A stretch of DNA of 61,327 nucleotides, the filler included. It is 9 parts of 9 records of this genome, joined end to end, with 100 filler letters (N's around TTAATTAATTAA, not from the genome) between each part and the next. Parts side by side here need not be neighbours in the genome. Positions count along the whole stretch, not along the records: positions 37,508 to 43,382 come from SRR31156797_67310; positions 43,483 to 54,215 come from SRR31156797_67319; 7 more parts are not named here. One strand, given 5' to 3'. Position 1 is the stretch's first letter; every line of letters starts with the position of its first letter. Shown here one piece after another: positions 39,018-48,489 of the stretch. The position numbers and the translations under genes were made by a program. The notes under the pieces are model-generated. The model searched no databases. It saw only the letters and a list, made by a program, of their open reading frames with translations, and was not told where the DNA came from.

Positions 39018-39887
39018 ATGCTGGAATCCATCGTCCACGTATGTTTGGCGGGGTTGTCCACGGGGATGTTCATCTGGCTGGTGGCCAGCGGCCTGACCCT
39101 GATTTTCGGCGTTCTGGGAGTGCTCAACTTCGCCCACGGCAGTTTCTACATGCTGGGAGCCTATTTCTGTTATACGGTTCTCGGTTTCATGGGGGATAAT
39201 TTCTGGCTCGGCCTGATTTTTGGGCCCCTTTGCGTCTGCGTGGTGGGATTTCTGGTGGAGCGATTTTTCCTCCGTTACGTCTACCACCTTGATCTGCCTT
39301 ATCAGCTTCTGCTCACCTTTGCCTTTGTCCTTCTTTTTGATGATCTCGTGAAAGTGGTCTGGGGCGCCGGTTCCATCGGCTCTCCCATGGTTCCGGGATT
39401 TTCAGGATCCATCCCCATCATGGGCCGGAATTTTCCGGTTTACAATCTCTTTATTATTGCCGTGGGGCCCCTGGTTGCCATCGGCATGTGGGCCATGCTG
39501 GAGAAGACCTGGTGGGGCCGAATCATCCGGGCCGCATCCTCCGACCGTGAAATGGCCTCGGCCATCGGGGTCCGGGTATCAACCCTTTTTACCGCCGTTT
39601 TTATCTTCGGCACCTGGCTGGGCGCCATGGGAGGAGGCCTTGCGGTACCCTATGTGGGGCTTTTAACACCCGGCATGGGGGAAACCGTCATCATCAATGC
39701 GTTCGTCGTGGCCGTGATCGGGGGGTTGGGAAGTCTCAAGGGTGCCTTTCTGGGGGCCTTGATCATCGGGCTTCTGTCCTCTTTCGGCACCCGGTACATG
39801 CCCACCTTCGATATGTTTCTAACCTTTATTCTCATGGCCGCGGTCCTGTTGTGGAGACCGCAGGGCTTTTTCGGGGAGGCCGCATAA
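39018..39887 (+). CDS. Liv-type ABC transporter permease (LivH-like)
   Basis: GLTLIFGVLGVLNFAHG and IGGLGSL.GA motifs. Confidence 0.92.
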   Translation: MLESIVHVCLAGLSTGMFIWLVASGLTLIFGVLGVLNFAHGSFYMLGAYFCYTVLGFMGDNFWLGLIFGPLCVCVVGFLVERFFLRYVYHLDLPYQLLLTFAFVLLFDDLVKVVWGAGSIGSPMVPGFSGSIPIMGRNFPVYNLFIIAVGPLVAIGMWAMLEKTWWGRIIRAASSDREMASAIGVRVSTLFTAVFIFGTWLGAMGGGLAVPYVGLLTPGMGETVIINAFVVAVIGGLGSLKGAFLGALIIGLLSSFGTRYMPTFDMFLTFILMAAVLLWRPQGFFGEAA

Positions 39888-39888
39888 A

Positions 39889-40863
39889 ATGGAACGTACC
39901 TGGAACTGGGTTTTCATTGCGGCGGTACTGACAGGGCTCATAGCCGTCGGTCTTTTTTCAGGAAGATTCGTGGTTTACCTGAGCATGAGGGTCATGATCC
40001 TGGCCATCTTCGCCATGGGGTACAACCTCCTTTTGGGGAGAACCGGCCTGCTCTCCTTCGGTCATGCTGCCTTCTACGCGGGCGGTGCTTACGGCTTGGG
40101 GCTCTTTTCCATTCATGTGTCCCAAAATCCGCTGCTGGGGATCCTGGTGGGGGTTATCCTGGCCTGCATTCTGGCGATCATTGTGGGATTTTTCTGTGTT
40201 CGCCACACGGAAATCTATTTTGCCATGCTGACCCTCGCCTTCGGGATGATGGTGTTTTCCCTCATCTGGAATATGCGTGAGATAACCGGGGGGGATGACG
40301 GCCTGGTGGGGATCATGCGGGCGCCGATCCCCTTGGGCTTTGCCGGCATTCCATTGGGCAAAACGGAACACTATTATTTCTTTGTCCTTTTCTGGTTCGC
40401 CCTCAGCATGGGCGTTATTGACCGCATCCGGAATTCCCCCTTCGGCCTGATTCTGTCCGGTCTCAGGGAAAACGATCGCCGGGTGGAATTTGCCGGCCTT
40501 TCCGTTAAGAACTACCGGCTGGCCGCCTTTGTGATTTCCGGAACTTTCGCCGGTCTTGCCGGGAGTCTGGGGGCACTTCTGGAGAGCAATACCGACCCCT
40601 TCTCCGCACACTGGAGCCACTCGGCGGAACCGATCCTGGTCAGCCTCATCGGCGGCATACAGACCTTTGCGGGACCATTGGTGGGGAGTGTCATTTTCAT
40701 TGTGCTCAGGGAAATAATTGAACGGTTTACCCAGAACTGGATGCTCTGGTTCGGCATCATCCTCCTTGTGATCATCATGGGTCTTCGGGGCGGGGTTGTG
40801 GGCGGCTTGGCCCAGCTGTTTCAAAGGGGACGACCCGTTTCCGGATCAGGAGGTAAACCGTGA
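39889..40863 (+). CDS. Liv-type ABC transporter permease (LivM-like)
   Basis: NLLLG.TGLLSFGHAAF, YFAMLTLAF and TGG.DG motifs. Confidence 0.92.
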   Translation: MERTWNWVFIAAVLTGLIAVGLFSGRFVVYLSMRVMILAIFAMGYNLLLGRTGLLSFGHAAFYAGGAYGLGLFSIHVSQNPLLGILVGVILACILAIIVGFFCVRHTEIYFAMLTLAFGMMVFSLIWNMREITGGDDGLVGIMRAPIPLGFAGIPLGKTEHYYFFVLFWFALSMGVIDRIRNSPFGLILSGLRENDRRVEFAGLSVKNYRLAAFVISGTFAGLAGSLGALLESNTDPFSAHWSHSAEPILVSLIGGIQTFAGPLVGSVIFIVLREIIERFTQNWMLWFGIILLVIIMGLRGGVVGGLAQLFQRGRPVSGSGGKP

Positions 40864-41621
40864 CAATGCCGCTTCTCGAAATCAAAAAACTGCACAAAGC
40901 CTTTGGCAGGGTGGTAACGGCCAACGGTATCGATCTCATGATTGAAGGGGGAGTCCTCACATCCATTATCGGTCCCAACGGAGCGGGGAAATCGACCCTC
41001 ATCAACATGCTTTCCGGGTCTTTGCCGGTGGATTCCGGAGAGATCCTGTTTGAAGGAAGGGATATTACCCAACTACCCATCCACAAAAGGGTCAGGCTGG
41101 GACTCTGCCGGTCCTTCCAGGTGGTCAACGTCTTTCCGGACCTGTCGGTTTTTGACAATATCCGGATTCCGGTCCTGGCCGTTCGGAAAAGGGCCTCCCG
41201 GATCTTTCGGCCGGTCACCGGGGAAAAAGAGACCCACAAGGAAGTCCACCAGGTCCTTGAACGGGTGGGTCTTGAAAACGTGTCCCATACCCTTGCCAAC
41301 GCCCTTTCCCACGGGGACCAGCGTCTCCTGGAAGTGGGCATTGCCCTTGCCGTCCGGCCCCGGCTCCTTTTTCTGGATGAACCCACGGCCGGGATGAACC
41401 CCGTGGAGCGGGTCAAGGTCCTTGAAAACATCAAACATCTCTCGGCCGAAGGAAAAACGACCTTTGTCATTGTGGAACACGATATGGATATTGTGTTTTC
41501 CCTCTCGGACAGGGTTGTGGTCCTTCACCACGGGGATATTATCGCGGACGGGACCACGGATGAAATAAAGGACAGCAAACGGGTAAGGGAAGTCTATCTG
41601 GGAGAGGAGGTCATGGAATGA
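40860..41621 (+). CDS. ABC transporter ATP-binding protein (LivG-like)
   Basis: GPNGAGKS, LSHGDQ, LDEPTAG and VEHD motifs. Confidence 0.93.
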   Translation: MTMPLLEIKKLHKAFGRVVTANGIDLMIEGGVLTSIIGPNGAGKSTLINMLSGSLPVDSGEILFEGRDITQLPIHKRVRLGLCRSFQVVNVFPDLSVFDNIRIPVLAVRKRASRIFRPVTGEKETHKEVHQVLERVGLENVSHTLANALSHGDQRLLEVGIALAVRPRLLFLDEPTAGMNPVERVKVLENIKHLSAEGKTTFVIVEHDMDIVFSLSDRVVVLHHGDIIADGTTDEIKDSKRVREVYLGEEVME

Positions 41622-42319
41622 TCCTCCAGGTACGATCCATCAACACCTATTACGCCACTTCTCACATTCTGCACCAGGTTTCCCTTCGGGTGGATTCCGG
41701 AAAGGTGGTGGCCCTCCTGGGCCGCAACGGTGTGGGTAAAACCACCACCCTCCGCTCCATCATGGGGTTGACGCCGCCCAAAAGCGGAAGCATCCATTAC
41801 AAAGATGCGGACGTAACGGGAAATCCCCCCCATGCCATGGCTCGGCTCGGCCTGGCATACATTCCGGACGACCTTCGCATTTTCCCCGATCTCACCTGCC
41901 GCGAAAACCTTCAGATTGCGGCAAGATTATCCCGTCAGACCGGATACTACAACCTGGACCGGGTGGAAGAACTCTTCCCCATTCTTCGTTCCAGGCGCAA
42001 GCAGAAAGGGTTGAATCTATCAGGGGGTGAAAAAAAGATGCTCAGCCTGGGGAGAGCCCTCATGGCCAATCCGGGGCTCATTCTTCTGGATGAACCCTCC
42101 GAAGGGCTCGCCCCCCTGATCGTTCGGCGTCTCATAGAAGTCATCCATGAAATCCAGGAAAGGGGCATGACCCTCCTTCTGGCGGACCAGAACCTCAAAT
42201 TCTGTCGGCGGGTCTGCGACAGGGGGTACATTATCGAAAAGGGCGCCATTGTCCATGAAGACAGCATGGAAGGCATCTGGGAGAACGAAGCGGTCATTAA
42301 GAAGTATCTGGTGCTTTAA
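41618..42319 (+). CDS. ABC transporter ATP-binding protein (LivF-like)
   Basis: GRNGVGKT, LSGGE and LLDEPSEGL motifs. Confidence 0.93.
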   Translation: MILQVRSINTYYATSHILHQVSLRVDSGKVVALLGRNGVGKTTTLRSIMGLTPPKSGSIHYKDADVTGNPPHAMARLGLAYIPDDLRIFPDLTCRENLQIAARLSRQTGYYNLDRVEELFPILRSRRKQKGLNLSGGEKKMLSLGRALMANPGLILLDEPSEGLAPLIVRRLIEVIHEIQERGMTLLLADQNLKFCRRVCDRGYIIEKGAIVHEDSMEGIWENEAVIKKYLVL

Positions 42320-42342
42320 AAGGGTTTTACCTTCCCCGACCA

Positions 42343-42371
42343 TTGAAAAGGTTGTTTCCGGACGTTATACT
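42343..42371 (+). promoter_or_regulatory. Sigma70-type promoter upstream of the small ORF and alkA
   Basis: TTGAAA-17 nt-TATACT. Confidence 0.6.
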
Positions 42372-42500
42372 TTTTGGTGTGAACTGTATAACGTTTTTTT
42401 GATGTAAGGAGGCAACAATGGACTCTCCCGGATTGTTAAAAAGCAAGGTTTCCGCTAAAGGCTGGGTCCTTAGCATCTCGACAGGTTTGATCCTCTTATA

Positions 42501-43382
42501 ATGAATGAATTATCCCATAATGCGGGAATCGGCAAAGACAAGCCTTTGGAAGGTCTGAAATATAAAAAGCCTTTCCATTTCAACCAGGTGCTCTCTTTTT
42601 TGAAACGAAGGGCCATCAAAGGTGTGGAGGGGGTCACGGAGACCGGCTACGGCAGAACCTTTCGAATCGCGAATGCCACGGGGTTTTTTACCGTTACGGA
42701 CAGTCCGGTTCAATCGGCCCTGGAATTGAGGATCATTTGTGATGACATCGGGTGCCACACGGAAATTATAAACCGGGCCCGCAAGATGTTTGACCTTGAC
42801 ACCGACTTTTCGTTGATAAACGAGAGATGCGCCGAAGATGAATTCCTGTCAAAAGGGATGGTGGATGGCCATGTGCCCCGACTTCCCGCCGCCTTTGATC
42901 CCTTCGAGTTTGTTATCAGGGCCATCCTCGGCCAGCAGATATCCGTCCAGGCGGCAACGACCCTGGCTTCACGGGTTGCCGTAAAAGCGGATCTGAAAAG
43001 CGATGGCGGTTTTCCTTCCGGGCTGGATTATTTTTTCCCGAATCCATCCGAATTGCTGGACCTTGATCTCGATGGCTTAGGTATTCCCAAGACCAAACAG
43101 GCAACGCTCAAAACCGTTGCGCAGGCCATTCTGGATCAGCGTGTGACACTCATGGCCGATCAGCCTTTTGAAACATTTCGCGAGGATTTTTTGGCTTTGA
43201 AAGGGATCGGGGACTGGACCGTCCACTATGTGGCCATGAGGGGACTGGGGATGATCGACAGTTTTCCCGCGGGTGACCTGGGCGTGATTAAAGCCCTGAC
43301 AAAAGACGGCAGGGCACCCTCGAAAAAGGAAGTTAAAAAAATGGCCGAACAGTGGCGGCCCTATCGGGCCTATGCAGCATTA
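42501..43382 (+). CDS. alkA: DNA-3-methyladenine glycosylase II (3'-truncated)
   Basis: AlkA N-terminal domain (RAIKGVE..YGRT); RAILGQQISV; HhH motif LKGIGDWT; FPAGDLG; WRPYRAYA. Confidence 0.9.
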
Positions 43383-43482
43383 NNNNNNNNNNNNNNNNNN
43401 NNNNNNNNNNNNNNNNNNNNNNNNNNTTAATTAATTAANNNNNNNNNNNNNNNNNNNNNNNNNNNNNNNNNNNNNNNNNNNN
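43383..43482. other. Artificial contig linker
   Basis: N-run, TTAATTAATTAA, N-run. Confidence 0.99.
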
Positions 43483-43486
43483 AGAC

Positions 43487-43513
43487 TGTCATTCCGAGCG
43501 TAGCGAGGAATCC
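43487..43513. repeat. REP-like short palindrome at contig start
   Basis: TGTCATTCCGAGCGTAGCGAGGAATCC resembles the widespread GTCATTCC...GGAATC REP family. Confidence 0.55.
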
Positions 43514-43614
43514 ATTCTACGTTTGTCGGACACTGTTGATTTGTTATTTACTATTCGGGAAATTCCCGAGGCACTAATTTCATTTATTAACTTTTATATC
43601 ATTGTTAGTCAGCA

Positions 43615-44418
43615 CTAGTTAATTGGTTTTTCTGCAGAAACCGTAATGCTGAATATCCCGGTTTTTGAATCCCTGAAATTTTGCAGTGCTTTTGCATCCA
43701 GGTATTTCACCAGAAGTTCATCAGGAAGTTCTACCTCTTTTTGTTTGTGAGTGGTGATGTTGTCAAATCCCGATTCTGAAACAATCCGGAGGTAATCCGC
43801 TTTTTGCAGTGCCCCAGAAACACAGCCTGCATAGAGTTCGGCATCTTTTTTCAGGCCATCGGGTAACTCACCTTCGATCACAACATCAGAAATACAAAAA
43901 TGCCCGCCCCCTTTGAGTACTCTGAATATTTCACTGAACGCCATTTCTTTTCCAGGTACAAGATTGAGCACACAATTGCTGATGACCACATCTTGCGAAG
44001 CATCACTGATCGGCATTTTTTCGATATCGCCCTCTATAAATTCCACATTGCTATAATTTAGCTTTGCGTTATTCTGACGTGCTTTTTCTACCATATCCCG
44101 GGTAAAGTCCAACCCTGTAATTTTTCCTGTTTCGCCGGCTTCGGCCCTGGATACAAAGCAGTCGTTTCCAGCACCGGATCCCAAATCCAACACATGATCC
44201 CCGGGTTTGATTCCTGCAAATTCGGTGGGTAGTCCACAACCCAGGCTCAAATCTGCATCGGCAACATAACCATCCAAATGTTGGTAGCTGTCGCTGAATA
44301 TGGTGTAATCCTTCACCTCATCGGTGCCACAGCCGCAACAGCCGCAAGGTTGTGAATCTGTAACAATTTTGCTGTATTTATCTTTTACGATTTGTCTGAT
44401 CTGATCGTCATTTGTCAT
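43615..44418 (-). CDS. arsM: Arsenite S-adenosylmethionine methyltransferase
   Basis: N-terminal CGCCGC, LSLGCGLP, LDLGSGAG.D, VISNCVLNL and YAGCVSGA; ars operon context. Confidence 0.92.
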   Translation of the reverse strand: MTNDDQIRQIVKDKYSKIVTDSQPCGCCGCGTDEVKDYTIFSDSYQHLDGYVADADLSLGCGLPTEFAGIKPGDHVLDLGSGAGNDCFVSRAEAGETGKITGLDFTRDMVEKARQNNAKLNYSNVEFIEGDIEKMPISDASQDVVISNCVLNLVPGKEMAFSEIFRVLKGGGHFCISDVVIEGELPDGLKKDAELYAGCVSGALQKADYLRIVSESGFDNITTHKQKEVELPDELLVKYLDAKALQNFRDSKTGIFSITVSAEKPIN

Positions 44419-44440
44419 ATCTGTCTGTTTTAATTGATTT

Positions 44441-45151
44441 TTAAGCAGTTGTCGGAACAAAGAAAATCCAGATGTAATATAATCCAACTGCGATGAACAA
44501 TACACCAATAATCCGCCTGAACCATTTTTCGAAAATCTTCACATTATTATAAATACTCCCAACCTGGCCAACAGAAAACGCCAGGAACCAGGCAAAAATA
44601 ATCACCGGAATACCCGTGGCTAACGCAAAGATCACAGGAAGGTAAAGCCCTGTTGCACTGCTAACTGTCAGCGGAATCAGCATCCCAAAATACAATACGC
44701 CGCTGTATGGACAAAACGCTAATGCAAACACGATTCCCAGCAGCAAAACGCCCCAGAAACCCGACCGGCTTTTTTGTCCCATTTTTTCTGTCAGACTGCC
44801 AAGACCGGGAAAATTGATCCGGATCATGTCGAGCATAAAAATCCCGATGATGACGAGCAACGGGCCAAGGAGCTTTTCACCCCATTGTTGCAAAAAACCG
44901 GCAACCTTGAATTTACTTGCACCAAAAAAGAAAATCATGCCGATGGCGGTGTATGATACCGCCCGCCCCAGTGTGTAAACCAATCCATTGAAAAATACCT
45001 TGCGTCGGTTCTCGATGTCTTTGCTGATATAACCTACTGCTGTGATGTTGGTGGCAAGTGGGCAGGGACTGATGGCTGTCATCAGCCCCAGTATAAAGGC
45101 CGACAAAAACGGCCACTGTGCGTTTTCGTAAAACTGTTGTAGGTACTCCAT
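44441..45151 (-). CDS. arsG: ArsG-family (CcdA/DsbD-like) membrane protein
   Basis: LGLMTAISPCPLATN and FALAFCPYSG paired TM cysteines; located between arsF-like and arsM genes. Confidence 0.78.
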   Translation of the reverse strand: MEYLQQFYENAQWPFLSAFILGLMTAISPCPLATNITAVGYISKDIENRRKVFFNGLVYTLGRAVSYTAIGMIFFFGASKFKVAGFLQQWGEKLLGPLLVIIGIFMLDMIRINFPGLGSLTEKMGQKSRSGFWGVLLLGIVFALAFCPYSGVLYFGMLIPLTVSSATGLYLPVIFALATGIPVIIFAWFLAFSVGQVGSIYNNVKIFEKWFRRIIGVLFIAVGLYYIWIFFVPTTA

Positions 45152-45172
45152 GAATTATGGTGGGTGATTTGT

Positions 45173-45604
45173 TTATTTCATCAATGACTCAACTGTCTTT
45201 TTCACCTGTTTGTGGTATTTTTTAGTATTGGTACGGGCATTCATAAAGGCGTCGTTGGTCAGATCGATTTTTTGGTCTCCTTTTACAAACAACAGCGCCT
45301 GTCCTGAAACACCAAGGTCTTCGGCCAATTTTTCATTGCCTTCTTCTTCGATATTTACAGAGAGAAAGGTAATGTCGCCATTCTCCATTTTTTGGGGAAA
45401 AAATTCTTCCAGTGCTTTTACCGCCTCATTTTCAACGGCATTACAGGTTGCACATCTGCGCGAAAAATGAAAGTAGTACACCTCCACTTTTTCATCATCA
45501 GGCGACAATACCAGTGGTTCGTCGGCGCTACCGGCCATTGCTTTGTTGCCGGTAAATGAAATCATGATCAAAAACAAAACGGATAAGCTGATTAATTTTT
45601 TCAT
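45173..45604 (-). CDS. arsF: ArsF-family periplasmic thioredoxin-fold protein
   Basis: Signal peptide; VEVYYFH..RRCATC CxxC motif. Confidence 0.75.
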   Translation of the reverse strand: MKKLISLSVLFLIMISFTGNKAMAGSADEPLVLSPDDEKVEVYYFHFSRRCATCNAVENEAVKALEEFFPQKMENGDITFLSVNIEEEGNEKLAEDLGVSGQALLFVKGDQKIDLTNDAFMNARTNTKKYHKQVKKTVESLMK

Positions 45605-45614
45605 AGCTAAATAT

Positions 45615-45848
45615 TTAAACGGTTAAAAATTTGATTAATTCATCTTTGGAAGGCAAACGGCCACTGAGTTTCACCTTGCCGTCAACTACAAGGCCGGGGG
45701 TGCTCACTACACCATAGTTCATGATCTTCATGATGTCTTCCTCTTTACTGATGTTTGCTTCAATATTGTTTTCATCCACCACTTCGTGGGTGATTTTTTC
45801 AAGCAATTTGCACTTCGGGCAGCCAGTGCCCAGAATCTTGATTTCCAT
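45615..45848 (-). CDS. Small redox-active disulfide protein (MTH895-like thioredoxin, ArsE-like)
   Basis: IKILGTGCPKC...YGV.STPGLVVDG. Confidence 0.88.
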   Translation of the reverse strand: MEIKILGTGCPKCKLLEKITHEVVDENNIEANISKEEDIMKIMNYGVVSTPGLVVDGKVKLSGRLPSKDELIKFLTV

Positions 45849-45872
45849 TGTATTATATTTAACATTTCGTAT

Positions 45873-45888
45873 TTCGTAAAATTACGAA
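45873..45888. promoter_or_regulatory. Probable ArsR operator palindrome
   Basis: TTCGTAA-AA-TTACGAA perfect inverted repeat about 25 nt upstream of the thioredoxin start. Confidence 0.6.
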
Positions 45889-45907
45889 CAAAGGAATAAA
45901 AAAAATA

Positions 45908-46207
45908 TTACCCGAACAAATTATCGAACATTTTTTTTACCAAATCCCAATTATCCTTATTCAGGCAATATCTGATTTTTGGAGCTTCAATTTCACCCTG
46001 GATCAATCCGGCTTCCTTTAATTCCTTGAGGTGTTGCGAAAGAGTTGACTTTGCAATGGGCAGCAATTCTGACAAATCCCCACTGTAACAACAGGTTTGT
46101 TTGGCTAGTAATTGTAACACATACACCCTAACGGGATGTCCGATAGCTTTGGCAAATCTGGCGACTTGCTGTTGTTCATCACTAAAAAAAGAATTTTCGT
46201 TTTGCAT
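45908..46207 (-). CDS. arsR: ArsR/SmtB family repressor
   Basis: KAIGHPVR, TCCYSGDL, STLSQHLKELK.AGLI and YCL motifs. Confidence 0.92.
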   Translation of the reverse strand: MQNENSFFSDEQQQVARFAKAIGHPVRVYVLQLLAKQTCCYSGDLSELLPIAKSTLSQHLKELKEAGLIQGEIEAPKIRYCLNKDNWDLVKKMFDNLFG

Positions 46208-46231
46208 GGCAATAAAATGTTAAAAAAAAAA

Positions 46232-46714
46232 GCAGCAGTCCTGTAAGCGGGATTCTGTTCTCCTGACCGGCAAAGCCGCGTCAGGAATTTCTGTCATTTA
46301 TCCGGGTTACGCCTCACGGCGCAACTCTAACGGCCTACCCCTCACGGTATCCTTTGGGTCCAGGATGCCTTGATTGCGTCAAACAACCTGGAAGGATTTC
46401 AGCGGGCAGCTGTCTCCCAGCTACAGCGGGGAACCGTGACATACATGACCTTTCAACCCATAAGGTTTACCCCGGCATGCTGTTACCAACACACCGCGTG
46501 AGCTCTTACCTCACGTTTTCACCTTTACCCTCCGAAGCTTTAGCGAAGGAAAACCTCAACAAAAATTCCGGAGTCGGCAGTTATTTTCTGTGGCACTTGC
46601 TGTTCTTCCCGCAAAGGCGGAAAGACCTTCCTGTTAGGAAGTATGGCGCCCTGTGTTGTCCCGACTTTCCTCACCGGCGATAAATGCCGGCGCGACAGAA
46701 CGGACCACTGCTGC
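46232..46714 (-). ncRNA. rnpB: RNase P RNA (type A), about 480 nt
   Basis: GAGGAAAGTC(GGG), AGTGCCACAGAAA, GGTGAAA..GGTAAGAGC, GGTAAACC and ACAGAATCCCGCTTA conserved regions; P1 formed by GCAGCAGT / ACTGCTGC. Confidence 0.96.
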
Positions 46715-46717
46715 CTG

Positions 46718-46725
46718 CAAAAGTA
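46718..46725 (-). promoter_or_regulatory. Bacteroidota -7 promoter element for rnpB
   Basis: TACTTTTG (TAnnTTTG) a few nt upstream of the P1 5' end. Confidence 0.7.
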
Positions 46726-46811
46726 ATACAATCCCTTTAGCGAAAGTTCCATCCAGTCAACCACATTTTCTGTCATCGCCAAATATTAAAGCTGCCGGAT
46801 AGAGATTTCAT

Positions 46812-46819
46812 TAACTTTG
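46812..46819 (+). promoter_or_regulatory. Bacteroidota -7 promoter element for tatA
   Basis: TAACTTTG (TAnnTTTG) about 25 nt upstream of ATG 46844. Confidence 0.65.
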
Positions 46820-46843
46820 CACATTCAAAATTATTTGCCTGAT

Positions 46844-47110
46844 ATGAACTTAATTCTCAATTACATACCAAGCGGTTACGAAATTGTGATCATCCTGGTG
46901 GTTGTCCTGATTCTATTCGGAGGAAAAAAAATTCCCGAGTTGATGCGTGGACTTGGAAGTGGCCTGAAGGAATTTAAAAAGGCCACCAATGAAATGACTG
47001 ACGTAAAAAAAGAGATTGACAATACCGCAACTGACACCAATAAAAAATCTTCACAAACAAATTCCAGTACAGATGATCCTGAAAAAACCGGGACTGAACC
47101 AAAGCAATAG
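46844..47110 (+). CDS. tatA: Twin-arginine translocase TatA/TatE subunit
   Basis: [33 protein letters not shown]. Confidence 0.93.
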   Translation: MNLILNYIPSGYEIVIILVVVLILFGGKKIPELMRGLGSGLKEFKKATNEMTDVKKEIDNTATDTNKKSSQTNSSTDDPEKTGTEPKQ

Positions 47111-47139
47111 ATAAAAACTGACACCTGTCCCATTCCCTG

Positions 47140-48489
47140 ATGAAAGATTTAACAACCGGAAAAGAAGGTAAGCTCATTGTGCAATTTGCACTCCCTATGG
47201 TTGCAGGCAATGTCTTTCAACAGCTCTACAATGTGGTGGACAGCATCATCATCGGTAACTACATTGGTGATGCGGCCCTGGCGGCCGTTGGCGCATCCTT
47301 TCCGATCATCTTTCTCCTGATCTCTCTGGTTATTGGCCTGGGTTCCGGCTTCACCATCATCGTATCGCAATACTTCGGAGCTAAAAAATACGACCTGGTT
47401 CGCCGGACAGTGGATACCACTTATGTGATATTGTTTTTCGCCTCGATAATTATAACTGTGGCGGGCATAGCATTTAGCGGACCTATTTTTAAACTGACCG
47501 AATTGCCTGACGAGGTGCTGCCGGAAGCCCAAAAATACCTCAATCTTTATTTTACAGGAACCATATTCTTTTTCGGTTTTAACGGAACCAGCGCGATCCT
47601 CCGTGGAATGGGTGACTCAAAAACACCGCTCTTTTTCCTGATAATAGCAACCATTTCAAACATCGTTCTCGACCTGCTTTTTGTGGTGGTTTTTGAATGG
47701 GGAATAGAAGGAGCAGCCATTGCCACAATCATATCGCAGGCAGGCGCATTTATCACTGCCATTTTCTACCTGAACAAACGTCATGAAATTGTAAACCTCA
47801 GCTTCAGGAAATACATTTTTGATAAAGAGATTTTCAGGAATAGTGTCCGCATCGGATTACCTTCAGGATTGCAGCAAACTTTTGTAGCTGTAGGATTGAT
47901 TGCCCTTTATGGAATCGTAAACCAATTTGGCACCGAAACAATAGCTGCCTACAGCGTGGCTACCCGAATCGACTCTTTTGCCTCCCTCCTTGCCATGAAT
48001 TTTGCAGCAGCCCTTGCTGCATTTGTTGGTCAAAATCTGGGAGCCAAAAAACCCGAACGCATCAAAGCCGGACTGAAATCCACCTGGATGATCACCTCCG
48101 CCATTTCGGTCACCATCAGTGCCATCGTAATTGTATTTGGTGAGTACATGATGGGATTTTTCACGCCCAACCCGGAGGTCATCGCACTGGGCAATGAGTA
48201 CCTGATCATTGTCAGTTCGTTTTACATTGTTTTCTCCTCGCTGTTTGTGGTAAGCGCTGTGATGCGTGGTGCCGGCGATACACTTATCCCGATGTTTATC
48301 ACCCTGTTTGCCCTTTGGGTTGTAAGAGTTCCGGCCTCCTATCTACTGGCCGAAAAGTGGGGCGTAACCGGCATCTGGTGGGCTGTACCTTTAGGCTGGG
48401 GCGCAGGGATGATCCTGGCATGGCTGTATTACCTTACCGGCAGGTGGAAAACAAAGGGGGTGGTGAAACAGCCATCGGAGCGAAATTAG
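47140..48489 (+). CDS. MATE family efflux transporter
   Basis: DLT.G, NVFQQLYNVVD, LRGMGDSKTP, GQNLGA and RGAGDT motifs; 12 TM helices. Confidence 0.93.
   Translation: MKDLTTGKEGKLIVQFALPMVAGNVFQQLYNVVDSIIIGNYIGDAALAAVGASFPIIFLLISLVIGLGSGFTIIVSQYFGAKKYDLVRRTVDTTYVILFFASIIITVAGIAFSGPIFKLTELPDEVLPEAQKYLNLYFTGTIFFFGFNGTSAILRGMGDSKTPLFFLIIATISNIVLDLLFVVVFEWGIEGAAIATIISQAGAFITAIFYLNKRHEIVNLSFRKYIFDKEIFRNSVRIGLPSGLQQTFVAVGLIALYGIVNQFGTETIAAYSVATRIDSFASLLAMNFAAALAAFVGQNLGAKKPERIKAGLKSTWMITSAISVTISAIVIVFGEYMMGFFTPNPEVIALGNEYLIIVSSFYIVFSSLFVVSAVMRGAGDTLIPMFITLFALWVVRVPASYLLAEKWGVTGIWWAVPLGWGAGMILAWLYYLTGRWKTKGVVKQPSERN

Noticed and set aside
46354..46782. ORF-track ORFs 46354-46683 and 46540-46782
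   Set aside because: They overlap the RNase P RNA gene and are spurious.
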